Shown here: piece after piece, positions 25,176 to 37,133 of the stretch
Layout of the letters: each line of letters opens with the position of its first letter
Position numbering within the stretch: the stretch's first letter is position 1
Assembly: GCF_006345805.1 (NCBI RefSeq)
Contig: NW_021835453.1
Coordinates: 1-39,587, forward strand
From: Octopus sinensis
Lineage: Eukaryota
Length of the DNA: 39,587 nt
Direction of reading: 5' to 3'
The notes under the pieces: generated by a model
The model's input: only the letters and a program-made list of their open reading frames with translations
Told to the model about the DNA's origin: nothing
Databases searched by the model: none
Program-made: the position numbers and the translations under genes

Positions 25176-25339
25176 TGTATGTATACGTGTGTGTGTGTGC
25201 GTGTTTACGTCTATGTGTGTACACTCTAACAATGTTTGTATGTACGTGTGTGTGTTGTGTATACGTGTGATGGTATTTTTTGTATGATTATGATTGCGTT
25301 TGTGGAAAGGGATGTATAATTATTATTTGTGTCTGCCAG

Positions 25340-25435
25340 TGTATGTGTGTATGAATGTATGTGTGTATGTGTGTATGTGTGAATGTATGTATGTGTGTAT
25401 GTATGTGTGTATGTGTGTATGTATGTATGTATGTA

Positions 25436-25466
<31 letters not shown>

Positions 25467-25870
25467 ATGTATGTGTGTATGTATGTATGTGTGTATGTAT
25501 GTATGTGTTATGTATGTGTGTATGTATGTGTGTATGTATGTGTGTATGTATGTGTGTATGTATGTATGTATGTATGTGTGTATGTATGTGTGTATGTATG
25601 TATGTTCATATGTATGTATGTATGTGTGTATGTATGTATGTATGTGTGTATGTATGTATGTATGTATGTGTATGTATGTGTGTATGTATGTACGTGTGTA
25701 TGTATGTATATTCGTATGTATGTATTATGTATGTATGTGTGTGTGTATGTATGTATGTATGTACGTGTGTATGTATGTATATTCGTATGTATGTATTATG
25801 TATGTATGTGTGTGTATGTATGTATGTATGTTCATATGTATGTATGTATGTATGTATGTATGTTCATATG
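25340..25870. repeat. (TATG)n/(TG)n tract
   Basis: Visible. Confidence 0.95.
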
Positions 25871-26077
25871 TATCTAATTCTACGTCTCGATGTCTCTTTT
25901 CTTCCCTCTATACACGCACACACACACACACATGTATGTGTGCGGTGCGTGTGTGTGTGCTCATACACACGCACGCACGCACGCCGAGACATTTCTGGTA
26001 CATCATTTACAGCATTTAATCTAATTTCCTCTTCCAGTCCTCTTACATTTACTTCCTACAAATCCATTTCGATTCCC

Positions 26078-26122
<45 letters not shown>

Positions 26123-26671
26123 GATGCAGTACCAGGCAGTGGATCTCATGGCTTCTGATCCTAACTGATTGGAAGTGTTATTATGTACATTGTTTTGTCT
26201 TGGTATAAAAGATGGGCTACAGCAAATATTCTGCTCAATACCACAGATTTGCTTGTCAGTTGTTTGACCTTAACCAGTTGAGCATGTCCCTTAGTGGCTG
26301 ACGATATGTGCATCTCTGATCACGAGCAGAAGTAGTGGGGGAGCATCATAGCCATGTGTTGAGAGGGATTCTTTGGGGTTTGAATAATTCACCTCTGGAG
26401 ACATGGGTGGGTTTTTCAACATCCTTAAACAACCCTTATTCAGGGACCGTTTGAGCGGGATGGGCTACTCAACCTGAAGAAAATTCTAACTGGGCCCCAC
26501 CTGCAAGGTCATGTGCTGTTTATCTTGATATGAGATCACCATGTCGCGCACATATGGTTGTGATGCATGTGCCTGGTGTACCTTTATCAGACGGGTAGTC
26601 ATGATGGGTATATTGGGCTTCGTATATTTTACCCCAGTGTCACTTTGATGGCATGAACTGCTCTCTCACTC
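26123..26671 (+). mobile_element. ~550-bp (TAA)n-flanked element, full copy
   Basis: (AAT)n on both sides. The right tract switches to (AAG)n. Confidence 0.88.
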
Positions 26672-26734
<63 letters not shown>

Positions 26735-27967
26735 AAGAAGAAGAAGAAGAAGAAGAAGAAGAAGAAGAAGAAGATGAAGAAGAAGAAGAAGAAGAAGAAT
26801 ATGGCGATATTGTGAAGGTCTCTTCACAATCACGTGTTCCATAACTGATCCAAAGTTGGAGACTTTTGCTAAATTTCTTTGACCATAGCCACGACACGAT
26901 CGAGCTTTGTATGTGAAATGAAACCCGTCGAAGGCCGTTCGATATACTTTATACCCGTTTTGATGTTGAGCCATTATTTGTTACCTGATCGAAATCATCT
27001 AATACTTACTTGTTACATTTTTGAATTTAGGCGCGATCCAATCTATTTCATGCATTTACCTGTTTGCAGGTAAATCATTCGTTATGATTTCTTTTCCTCA
27101 TACCTCATAAGAATCGAAGAACAAAGAAAAAGTTTAGAGGTGCTGCTCTTTTATCTGGGCCTTAGATTAAGTTTTGTCCACAGGCAGAGGTACATAAGAA
27201 TGTATAAAAACAACATTTATTTCCAAATTACAATTTGCCAACGAACAAATACAAGCATATTACCGTTTGACCTGTTCTGAATCTGTGTTGAACAGAGGCT
27301 CTCGTTTCAGAAAACGAGGCACATATTTCTATTTACATTATGAACTCTCTAACACAATCCCGTGTATATTTCGAATGGAATTTGCTCAGTAGCTTAGTTT
27401 GGGCAGAATTAGGTTTCTTATACTCGCGTCTAACATAGTAAGATATCATTATATGATGCACTAACCGGAATTATCTTAAAATAGGTAAGACATAACATGG
27501 ACTTAAATCCCTGAAATTGCTATAATTAGATTAAATCTCCTAATCTAAGACTGTCTAACCCGATGAAGTCACATGAATAGAATTGCCGAAACTTCCACAA
27601 ATTATTCTTTAAGACCAACAATAAATAAATAAATAAATAAATAAGAAAGAAAGATGAGTTACCGGTTTGCAAGGAACAGTTAGACAGTACTTTGGTTAGA
27701 GGTTCACCGAACAGTTAAGGACTATTTTGAAAACTAAACAATACGTTTAATTATCGGAGGTGGTAAGGATTTACTTCTACCGTTTAATGCTAGCGTTTTC
27801 GTTTCTCGCCAAATTGTTTGAAAAGATTTTGTGCAATTTAAACTTAGGTGTTTTTAAAGATAAGGGGAATTAGGCGAGCGGGTCAAATGTTTTCACACAC
27901 ACACACACATACACACACACACACACACATACACACACACACATTTACTCAAACATTCACAAACAGT

Positions 27968-28396
27968 GGATCTTTTCGGTTTGAACGGCAGTTTTTTCTA
28001 GCGGTGTCATATGAAATTGTCACCCATAATTATGACCCTAGTATCGATCTATTGCATTTCAATCTGTTTTAGGGTTAAGGTTAGTTAGGGTTGGGTTAGG
28101 GTTAGGGTTATGGAGGGGTATCTTTTTTTCTTCACAAATAAACCCAATCTGTTTCTTAAACGAGACACATATTCATACGGCACAGAATGTTTTTTAACTC
28201 AATGGACGTCATCGATTGGTTGAAATTGCAGAAATTGAAGAAAAAAACAGCAAATATCTTACAAACTATAGAATTTTCTCAATAAAGCCAAGAGAAAAAG
28301 ATGTTTTACTAACACATTCTACCAGTATACGAAGTTTGAAATTTTTTAGTTACCTAGAAAGTATGTTAAAAACTGCCGTTCAAACCGAAAAGATCC
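27968..28396. mobile_element. 429-bp MITE with perfect 29-bp TIRs and 8-bp TSD (Merlin-like), containing TTAGGG-like repeats
   Basis: GGATCTTTTCGGTTTGAACGGCAGTTTTT (27968-27996) and its exact reverse complement (28368-28396). CAAACAGT is duplicated at 27960-27967 and 28397-28404. Confidence 0.88.
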
Positions 28397-28727
28397 CAAA
28401 CAGTTATGTATAAATGAGTTTAATACACACATTAGCATTGTGTGATATTTAATGAGGAAATTGCTCAAAAGTCAATAACCTATAAATTCAAGTATAGGAG
28501 TGAAAATAAGAATAAAAAAGACGCAAGAACAGTTTGCAATGCATCGTGTGTGTGTGTGTGTGTGTGTGTGTCTTTTACTGAGCCATTAAGGAAGTCACAT
28601 CACGGTTATGCGATCTGCCAGAAATGGCAGCTAAAATATTCCATAAATTTCTGCCATTATCACCTGGATTAAAGGAACCGAGCCAATGCAATCATGGCAG
28701 TATTTTATGAATATATAGTTATGATGA

Positions 28728-28761
<34 letters not shown>

Positions 28762-29177
28762 GGTGGTGTGGTGGTAACCATTAGAACGACAACGATCATC
28801 ATCATCATCATCATTAACACCATCAATAACGTGTTCATCAAGTGACAGGCGTTGACGAGGCAAGTGGAGGTGGTGTTGGCAAAGATTGGGACAATTTCTA
28901 AAAAAGTGGGTGGGAAAGGGCGGATCCATGACCCCTAAAAGGTCATCATCTGCTAGTTTCTGTGTAAAGGAATTACAGTAGTTTGCCCGCAACGTTAATA
29001 TCACGCTATCACTGTTTATATACACCCGCTTTTACATCGGGCTTAAGTTACACGGCTATTTACATCACTGCATGCTTCTGAGTACATCCGTCAATGTGTG
29101 TGTGTGTGTGTATTGGGGTGTACATATACACTTACACACAAGTATGCATTTGCGTGTGAGTGTGTGTGAGTGAATAA

Positions 29178-29216
<39 letters not shown>

Positions 29217-29290
29217 TTTAGATATAGATGCATATACATTTCTACATATATAGTTGTATGCTCATATATATATATATATATGCACATACA

Positions 29291-29323
<33 letters not shown>

Positions 29324-30019
29324 TATCGGTGTTTTGTATCAATTTGCAAAGTTAAATTAATTGATAACTATCAAAATGCAATATACACAAACATGTATGT
29401 ACATTCATATATGTGTGTGTGTATATATATATATATATATAAGTAGGAAGGTACATATGTGTGTGCACATATATGATGCGTACGCGCACACTCACATAAA
29501 TATGCATACATACACACACACACACCACACAACATGTATATAGATCTATGCAGGTTTCCATTAACTCGTGTACAGTAAAATCATAACATCAACAGTGGAA
29601 CGGCGCCATAATGGAGTGTATATTTGATGTTTGAGCATGCGTGTTGAGACGACTCTCTCCTGGATAGGTGTCACATGTGTATATATGTATATATATGTGT
29701 GTGAATATACGTGGGTTTCTTTTTATATATTTATGAGTCTGTGTGTTCCATTATCTGTATAAGCTGGTATTCCACGAATATCGTATACTCTACTCTACAT
29801 TCCGAATAACATATTTATTTGGAACCTCATGGCAATATACACATTCGCGTGTACTATATACACACATCTGTCAATGCATGTGTCATATACAAACATACAT
29901 ACACAACGACTGCAATTATGTTCCAAGGTGTTTGTGTGTGTTTGTGTGCATTTAATATATATATATATATATACATACATACACACACACACACACATAT
30001 ATGTATGTATGTATGTATG

Positions 30020-30575
30020 TATGTACCCGTCCTTCGGACGGTTTAACATATAAATAATAAATCAAAACAATGTGAACAAAAACATATTCTGTAATGCAAA
30101 TATACGTTCATATAGATTTAAAAAGTGTGCAAAACAGTAGAGATATATAGACAAAATCCTTTCACTGTTATAATATTCTCTAACCAAAAACCCTCAAACA
30201 ATATACACCAATACACATAAAAAAATATAGAAAGCAATAATACACGAATGTAATATATAGATAAATAATAAATCAAAAAAGTGCGAAAACCACTTAAAGA
30301 TATTCTCTTATGCCAATATACGACCATATAGATTTTAAAAAGTATGGAAGACCCTACATACGAAAAAAGCTATGTACATACAACGAATTAGAGAAAAAGC
30401 CGTGTTAACCAGCGCTTTTCTCAGTTTGTCCACATACGCGAGAGCTCTCGGCAAACTGTTATAGTCCTAGGCACAAAAGTAATGTGAGTGTAAAGTTTGG
30501 TGAAAATCGGTTGAGAATTGTGGAAATGTATGCATTTGTCAATATACACACACATACTGTGATTAATATATACAA
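30020..30575 (-). mobile_element. Probable second non-autonomous Helitron-like family
   Basis: Hairpin CCGTCC-TTC-GGACGG (30027-30041) at one end. The other end has an aagtttggtgaaaatcggttgagaattgtgg segment plus CA/TA repeats, the same layout as the Helitron copies above. The terminal CTAG is not visible. Confidence 0.45.
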
Positions 30576-30591
30576 TGTATATGTATGCACA

Positions 30592-30935
30592 GTGGAGGCG
30601 CAATGGCCCAGTGGTTAGGGCAGCAGACTCGCGGTCATAGGATCGCGGTTTCGATTCCCAGACCGGGCATTGTGAGTGTTTATTGAGCGAAAACACCTAA
30701 AGCTCCACGAGGCTCCGGCAGGGGATGGTGGTGATCCCTGCTGCACTCTTTCACCACACCATTCTCTTACTTCCTGTTTCTGTGTCACGCTGAATATCCC
30801 CAAGATACTACGTTAAGGGTACACGTGTCTGTGGAGTGCTCAGCTACTTACACGTTGATTTCACGAGCAGGCTGTTCCGTTGATTCGGATCAACCGGAAC
30901 CCTCGTCGCCGTAACCGACGGAGTGCTTCCATCCA
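30592..30935 (+). mobile_element. SINE family A with a small internal deletion
   Basis: Perfect 10-bp TSD TGTATGCACA (30582-91, 30936-45). Confidence 0.92.
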
Positions 30936-31049
30936 TGTATGCACATATTTATGTACATGTGTATACATATATATTGGTTTCAAATTTTGAATGATCATAA
31001 CGGTTTCAAATTTTCGTGTATGGCCCGCAATTTCTGGCGGGGTGGGGTA

Positions 31050-31190
31050 ACTCGAGTACATCAACCCCAGTGTTCAACTGGTACTTATTTTATCAACCGC
31101 AAAAGCGTGAAAGCCAAGGCTGACATTGGCGAAATTTGAACTCAGAATGTTAAGAAGACGAAATGCTCAACAGCATTTCATCCGACTTTA
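31050..31190 (-). mobile_element. Decayed family-B-related SINE
   Basis: catcaaccccagtgttcaactggtacttattttatc...gaaatttgaactcagaa matches family B in antisense. Confidence 0.65.
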
Positions 31191-31575
31191 CGGTCTGAGT
31201 TCAAATCCCGCCATAAGCTATGTACGCCGCACTACGCACTACTTTAGCGAATCTGAAGGTAGGATAAGATTTCTTCTTCTTCTTCTTCTTCTTCTTCTCA
31301 TCCTCCTCCTCCTCCTTCTTCTATCTGGTCAAGTTACAGGTCACGTAGGCAACATCTTATGCGTGTATGTGAGTGTATGTAACATATACGGGTGGATGCT
31401 TTACAGTGAATATTACTCAACACCAACCGATGAATAGTTGCACGTATTTTCTGGTACCTCAAGCAGAGGAGCGGCACTGTCGAACTACTATCTCACTTTA
31501 TGCTAAAATGAGCATCTGAGAGAATGCTTGTGTATAACGCAAAAGCAAAATGAAGAAGTATATGTACATATATAA

Positions 31576-31919
31576 AGGAGCACTCCGTCGGTTGCGACGA
31601 TAAGGGTCCCAGCTGATACGATCAACGTAGCGGCTTGCTCGTGAAATTAACGTGCAAGTGGCTGAGCATTCCACAGACACGTGTACCCATACCGTAGTTC
31701 TCAGGGGGATTCAGCGTGACACAGAGTGCGACAAAGTTGGCCCTTTGAATTACTGGTATTGCTCACAACTCATTTTTGCCAGCTGAATAGACTGGAGCAA
31801 TGTGAAATAAAGTGAAATAAAGTGTCTTGCTCAAGGACAAAATGCGTCGCCGGGAATTGAACTCACGACCTTACGATTGTGAGTCGAATGCCCTAACCAC
31901 TAAGCCGCACGTCTTCACA
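31576..31919 (-). mobile_element. SINE family A' (different tRNA head and CORE/V-like middle, same 3' module as family A)
   Basis: Head gtgaagacgtgcggcttagtggttagggcattcgactc...gagttcaattccc, then gtccttgagcaagacactttatttcacattgctccag, then the family A 3' module. Confidence 0.85.
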
Positions 31920-32339
31920 TATACATATATGCTTATATATAAATGTATATACATATACATGAGTGTGCGCGCACACACACACACACACACACATACATAT
32001 GTATATGTGTATGTTTTTCTTTGAGATTTCGCAGAACTCAAAGCGAGGCTCTTTTCTGTAAATCAAGGCAATTTCTGGGATTTGTGGACATGTGGTTAAG
32101 TTAGTATGTGCATAGATGTTGATGCACGCATATACTTACACTCCTGTAATGAGTATGCATGTCTCTTTAGTATACAAGTGAGTGTATTTCATTACTTTTT
32201 CGTGTGTGTGCGTGCGTGTGTGTGCGTGCGTGTGTGTGCGTGAGCGTGTATGAGTGTGTGCACGCGCATGTGTCTTTTACAATTGTGTACATAATTTCAT
32301 TCCAGAAAATTCAGATGTAGCGTCCTTGGAATGGTTTAT

Positions 32340-32812
32340 AACTCTTCCCTGTACAACCACTCAGTTGTATTTGGGCGATGCGAGACTTTTTGCTTTGGTC
32401 TGTCTTGGAAAACCCTAGTTACGTAAAAATGAAAATCTTCGGGTTTGTTATTAATTCACCAGAGACGTTTACCCTTTTCCCTTTATGTAAGACGTCCGCA
32501 TCCACCAGAGAGTTGATCAATACAACTTTTGTCCCTGGTCCCCTTGAACAATATCAGGTTAGTTGTGTTTGCACCGAGGAGCTGTTTTCATTGGAATATT
32601 TCCCCCAGTTTTTCTTAATTTAAAGTTACCGATACATTCTGCTCTTGATGTGCCTCTTGTATAAGGTGCCAGGACAATCTTCGTACGAACAACATCAGTA
32701 ATGGTTTTAGCGACAAGGTCAAGATTCATGGCAAAGTAGTACCTCACAGATTCTTTTGGAAAGTTGCTGATGATGTGGGTGACATCTTCCACACTAACGT
32801 AAAGGAACCGAC
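32340..32812 (-). mobile_element. Ancient R4/Dong-like non-LTR remnant (zinc knuckle plus REL endonuclease)
   Basis: CRFLYVSVEDVTHIISNFPK..RYYFAMNLDLVAKT (decayed CCHC knuckle) and IPMKTAPRCKHN*PDIV (decayed HNKPDIV), with stops and frameshifts. Confidence 0.72.
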
Positions 32813-32844
32813 ATTTTTAATCACAACATAGGGATATAGAAGCA

Positions 32845-33119
32845 TATCTTTCTCTCTCGCTCTCCCTCTGTCTATCTCTTTTTTCACTATCTCTCTCTGT
32901 ATCTCTTTCACTCTCTCTCTATCTATCCCTTTCTCTCTCTCTTTCTTTCTCTCTCTTTCTTTCTCTCTCTATCTATCTATCCCTTTCTCTCACTCTCTCT
33001 TTCTTTCTCTCTCTATCTATCTATCCCTTTCTCTCTCTCTTTCTTTCTTTCTCTATCTATCTATCCCTCTTTCTCTTTCTTTCTCTCTCTCCCTATCAAT
33101 CTGTCTCTATCTCTTTCTT

Positions 33120-33152
<33 letters not shown>

Positions 33153-33201
33153 ATTTCGCTTTCCCTCTCTCTCTATAAATCTGTCTATCGCTATATCCCT
33201 T

Positions 33202-33240
<39 letters not shown>

Positions 33241-33245
33241 CTCTT
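32845..33245. repeat. (CT)n/(CTAT)n polypyrimidine tract
   Basis: Visible. Confidence 0.95.
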
Positions 33246-33492
33246 CCCTATTGATCAGGCATTCAGTAGCTCTTGTTCCTAGAGAGCAATGGTGTACCCA
33301 TCTAGGTAAGATGAGATGCATCCATCACAGGTCTAAGAGGAGCAGTTTCCTTATTAATGTTGCTGCTATTCTCTAACTAGAGTGGACGACCTGTCCAATC
33401 CTAACTTTCTGCTGGTATGATGAATGCTTCTCCAACAACATTCAGGCGAAGAAAGTTAATTCAGCAACAGTTAGCTCAGATTGAATAGCATT

Positions 33493-34431
33493 ACATTCAC
33501 AGCAGCTACTTACAAATACAGCGGTACATTCACAGCAGCTACTTACAAATACAGCGGTACATTCACAGCAGCTACTCACGAATACAGCGGTACACTCACA
33601 GCAGCTACTACAAATACAGCGGTTCAATCACAGCAGCTACTACGAATACAGCGGTACAATCACAGCCGCTACTTACAAATACAGCGGTACATTCACAGCA
33701 GCTACTCACGGACATTCACAGCAGCTACTCACGATACGCACGCCACACAGCAGCAGCTCTCACGAATACAGCGGTACTTCACAGCAGCTACTTACAAATA
33801 CAGCGGTCATTCACAGCAGCTACTCACGAATACAGCGGTACACACATTCACAGCACGGCACTCACGCACACACATACAGCATGCAGCAACTACTACAATA
33901 CGCGTACATCACAGCGTACACAATCAGCTCACAGCAGCTACTCACGAATACAGCGGTACAATCACAGCAGCTACTTACAATACAGCGGTACATCACAGCA
34001 GCTACTCAATACAGCGGTACCTCACGCACAGCTACTTACAAATACAGCGGTACATTCACAGTTGCTACTCACAATACAGCGGTACAATTCAGCAGCTACT
34101 ACAAATACAGCGTACTTCACAGCAGCTACTCACGAATACAGCGGTACACTCACAGCAGCTACTTACAAATACAGCGGTACATTCACAGCAGCTACTCACA
34201 AATACAGCGGTACATTCACAGCAGCTACTCACGAATACAGCGGTACACTCACAGCAGCTACTTACAAATACAGCGGTACATTCACAGCAGCTACTCACGA
34301 ATACAGCGGTACATTCACAGCAGCTACTCACGAATACAGCGGTACATTCACAGCAGCTACTCACGAATACAGCGGTACAATCATAGCAGCTACTTACAAA
34401 TACAGCGGTACATTCACAGCAGCTACTTACA
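33493..34431. repeat. 33-bp minisatellite, ~28 units (ACATTCACAGCAGCTACTYACRAATACAGCGGT)
   Basis: Directly visible. The flanking units are clean and the centre (~33700-34110) is indel-rich. Confidence 0.95.
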
Positions 34432-35054
34432 GATACTTTGTTTTCTTTCATGGAGTTATTATTCACACTAATGAGTACACGTGATTGATTTACTATTTAT
34501 TGTCTTCTCGGTGTATGTATGCATGTATATATTTTTGTATGCATGTAGACATGTATATACCGATGAATGCATGTATGCATGTATGTATGCATGCATGTTT
34601 GTATATATCAGGCACGTGCCTTGAGTCGATACTCAAAACGGTTGGCAATATTGGAGTGAAATGTCTAAAAAAGGGCTTTTTCACGATTAAACAAATGCGC
34701 AAAAATATCTGAATCAAAATATTTACTTATTCTCACACATATGCACTCAATACATACACAGACAAACCTACACATAACATACATACATTAGTATATATAA
34801 GTGTATATACTTAAAATGAATAATATTTTAGTGGGTTATACATTCGTGTACATGTAAACAAACTTTATCACATTTATCATTGGATAGATACATATATACA
34901 CATTTTTTATACACACACAGTTACATACACAGCCCTTTTATACACACACACACGCACACATATACGTATATATGTACACACATACACAATCACATACACT
35001 GATGCCTCATGCATTAGTTCTAATGTTTAGTCTCACATGAACTAGAATGCTACT

Positions 35055-35439
35055 GTGGAGGTGCAATGGTCCAGTGGTTAGGGCAGCGGACTCGCGGTCG
35101 TGGGATCACGGTTTCGATTCCCAAACCACGTTGTGAGTGCTTATTGAGCGAAAACATCTGAAGCTCCACAAGGTTCCGGCAGGGGTTGGTGGCGAACCCT
35201 TTTGTACTCTTTCACCACAACTTCCTCTCACTTTATTCTTGTTTCTATTTTACCCGTATTTCAAAGGGCCAGCCTTGTCACACTCTGTGTCACGCTGAAT
35301 TTCCCCGAGCACTGCATTAAGGTTACACGTGTCTGTGGAGTGCTCAACCACTTGCACGTTAATTTCATGAGCAGTCTGTTCCGTTGATCGGATCAACTGG
35401 AACCCTCGTCGTCGCAACCGACAGAGTGCCACGACGACG
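35055..35439 (+). mobile_element. SINE family A, diverged copy with an (ACG)n tail
   Basis: 10-bp TSD AGAATGCTAC (35044-53, 35440-49). Confidence 0.9.
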
Positions 35440-35777
35440 AGAATGCTACAAAAACAAAATCACTTTAAACTTAAGAAGCAAACGCACACTTAAGGAAACA
35501 CACAAACACTTCAACGCCTTCATTTCTATTAACACTTAACCAGGCAGAATAATTTCTCTTTTCATGACACTCTATTTAATATATTATGGAGTTGATCTCA
35601 AATCACGCGGGATTAATGGCGTTTCAGTTCTTTCTCTACAGAACTGCATGCAATGGCTTAGGTTTATTAAACTGAATTTGAAATCACTTATTTTTCTATA
35701 TTTTATAGTTAATATTGATAATTTTAATCAGGGGAGACCCACCTAACCCAGCCTACCCAGATAGCATGTCCCTTATA

Positions 35778-35921
35778 CGAGGGGTGTATGAAAAGTCTCG
35801 AGCCTCAAAAAAAAAAGACAAAACATGGTACAAGACTTCTGATGAAGGCACAAGACTTGAAGGCCAAAGGACTTGAAGGCTCAAAGGCCTTGAAGGCTCA
35901 AAACTTTTCATATACCCCTCG
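35778..35921. mobile_element. 144-bp mariner-type MITE
   Basis: 28-bp TIRs CGAGGGGTGTATGAAAAGTCTCGAGCCT / AGGCTCAAAACTTTTCATATACCCCTCG (3 mismatches). TA on the left and TG on the right. Internal short direct repeats of TTGAAGGC. Confidence 0.8.
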
Positions 35922-35962
35922 TGAATAGATCCATGCACACACGCACACTAGCACACATAATA

Positions 35963-36005
<43 letters not shown>

Positions 36006-36349
36006 ATGCGTCTGTTTCCGTGTTTGTGTGTGTCCGTCCGGGATTGTGTGAATGTATAAATGTCAACATTTACATTTGTAGAAATATTTTATTAAATATA
36101 TATGTAAATAAGCACACGAACATATATACATGGGCGCCCATATATCTATTTATGTATGTATGCATTTATGTATGTATGTATGTATGTATGTATGTTATGT
36201 ATACATATATATATATATATATATATAATATATTAATATAAACGGCTATGCGCAATGTAATCCCATAATGTGTGTGGGTGTATGTATGTATATATATATA
36301 TATATATATAGATATATATTATATATATTATATATATATGTATGTATTT

Positions 36350-36564
36350 CTTTTTTATTTGTTTCGTTCATTAGACTGCGGCCATGCTGGGGGACCGCCT
36401 TGAATTTTTAGCCGAATGAATCGATCCCAGTATTTATTTTTTAAGCCTCATACTTATTCTATCGGTTTCTTTTGTCGAACCGCTACGTTACGGGGGCGCA
36501 AACACACAAACATCGGTTGTCAATCAGTGGGGGCAGGGGCAAACAGACACAAAGACATACACAA

Positions 36565-36598
<34 letters not shown>

Positions 36599-36733
36599 CC
36601 GACAGGCTTCTTTCAGTTTCTGTTTACCAAATCCACTGGCAAGGCTTTGGACGACACGAAGCTATAGCAGAAAACACTCACCCAAGGTGCTACGCAGTGG
36701 GACTGAACCCGGAACCATGTGGTTGGGAAGTAA
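36350..36733 (-). mobile_element. tRNA-derived SINE family C with an internal CA/TA microsatellite
   Basis: Antisense B-box head (ggttccgggttcagtcccactgcg) followed by a CORE-like accttgggtgagtgttttctgctatagc. The 3' part contains tacttattctatcgg and atcgatcccagtattt, similar to family B motifs. Confidence 0.65.
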
Positions 36734-36760
36734 TGTGTGTGGGCGTGTGTATATGTGCAG

Positions 36761-36803
<43 letters not shown>

Positions 36804-36891
36804 CGTATCTATACATTATTTAGTTTCGCCTCTCAAACTTTTGGTTCAAACCCCACTACTAATACAACCACTCCAACAACAGCAACAACAA

Positions 36892-36925
<34 letters not shown>

Positions 36926-37102
36926 GTTGCCCCACCGTTAGTATAGCCTCTATACCCAATGGCATAGTCTCACACAACACTCCATACCCCAATGTCAAAC
37001 ACATACTACCCAGATGGTCTTAAAATCTCTGTCGTAGGGGGAAGTTGCACCTGGACAGGAACAAGTGTTTGTTTTTGTGTATTTTACTGACGGTAGCAGG
37101 AT

Positions 37103-37133
<31 letters not shown>

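Noticed and set aside
27054-27075. 9-bp inverted repeat giving CAG|GTAAAT on both strands
   Set aside because: The repeat is short enough to be chance, and the candidate minus-strand exon has stops in all frames.
28780-28900. Strong minus-strand acceptor followed by a hydrophobic Met-rich stretch
   Set aside because: The hydrophobic run derives from (GAT)n, and there is no good donor or domain match.
33493-34431. Possible CRISPR-like array
   Set aside because: The units are contiguous with no unique spacers, and the context is eukaryotic.
33442-34484. Repetitive ORFs up to 301 aa (TFTAATYKYSG and similar)
   Set aside because: A stop-free 33-bp unit is open in all three plus frames. There is no evidence for a real start or splicing.
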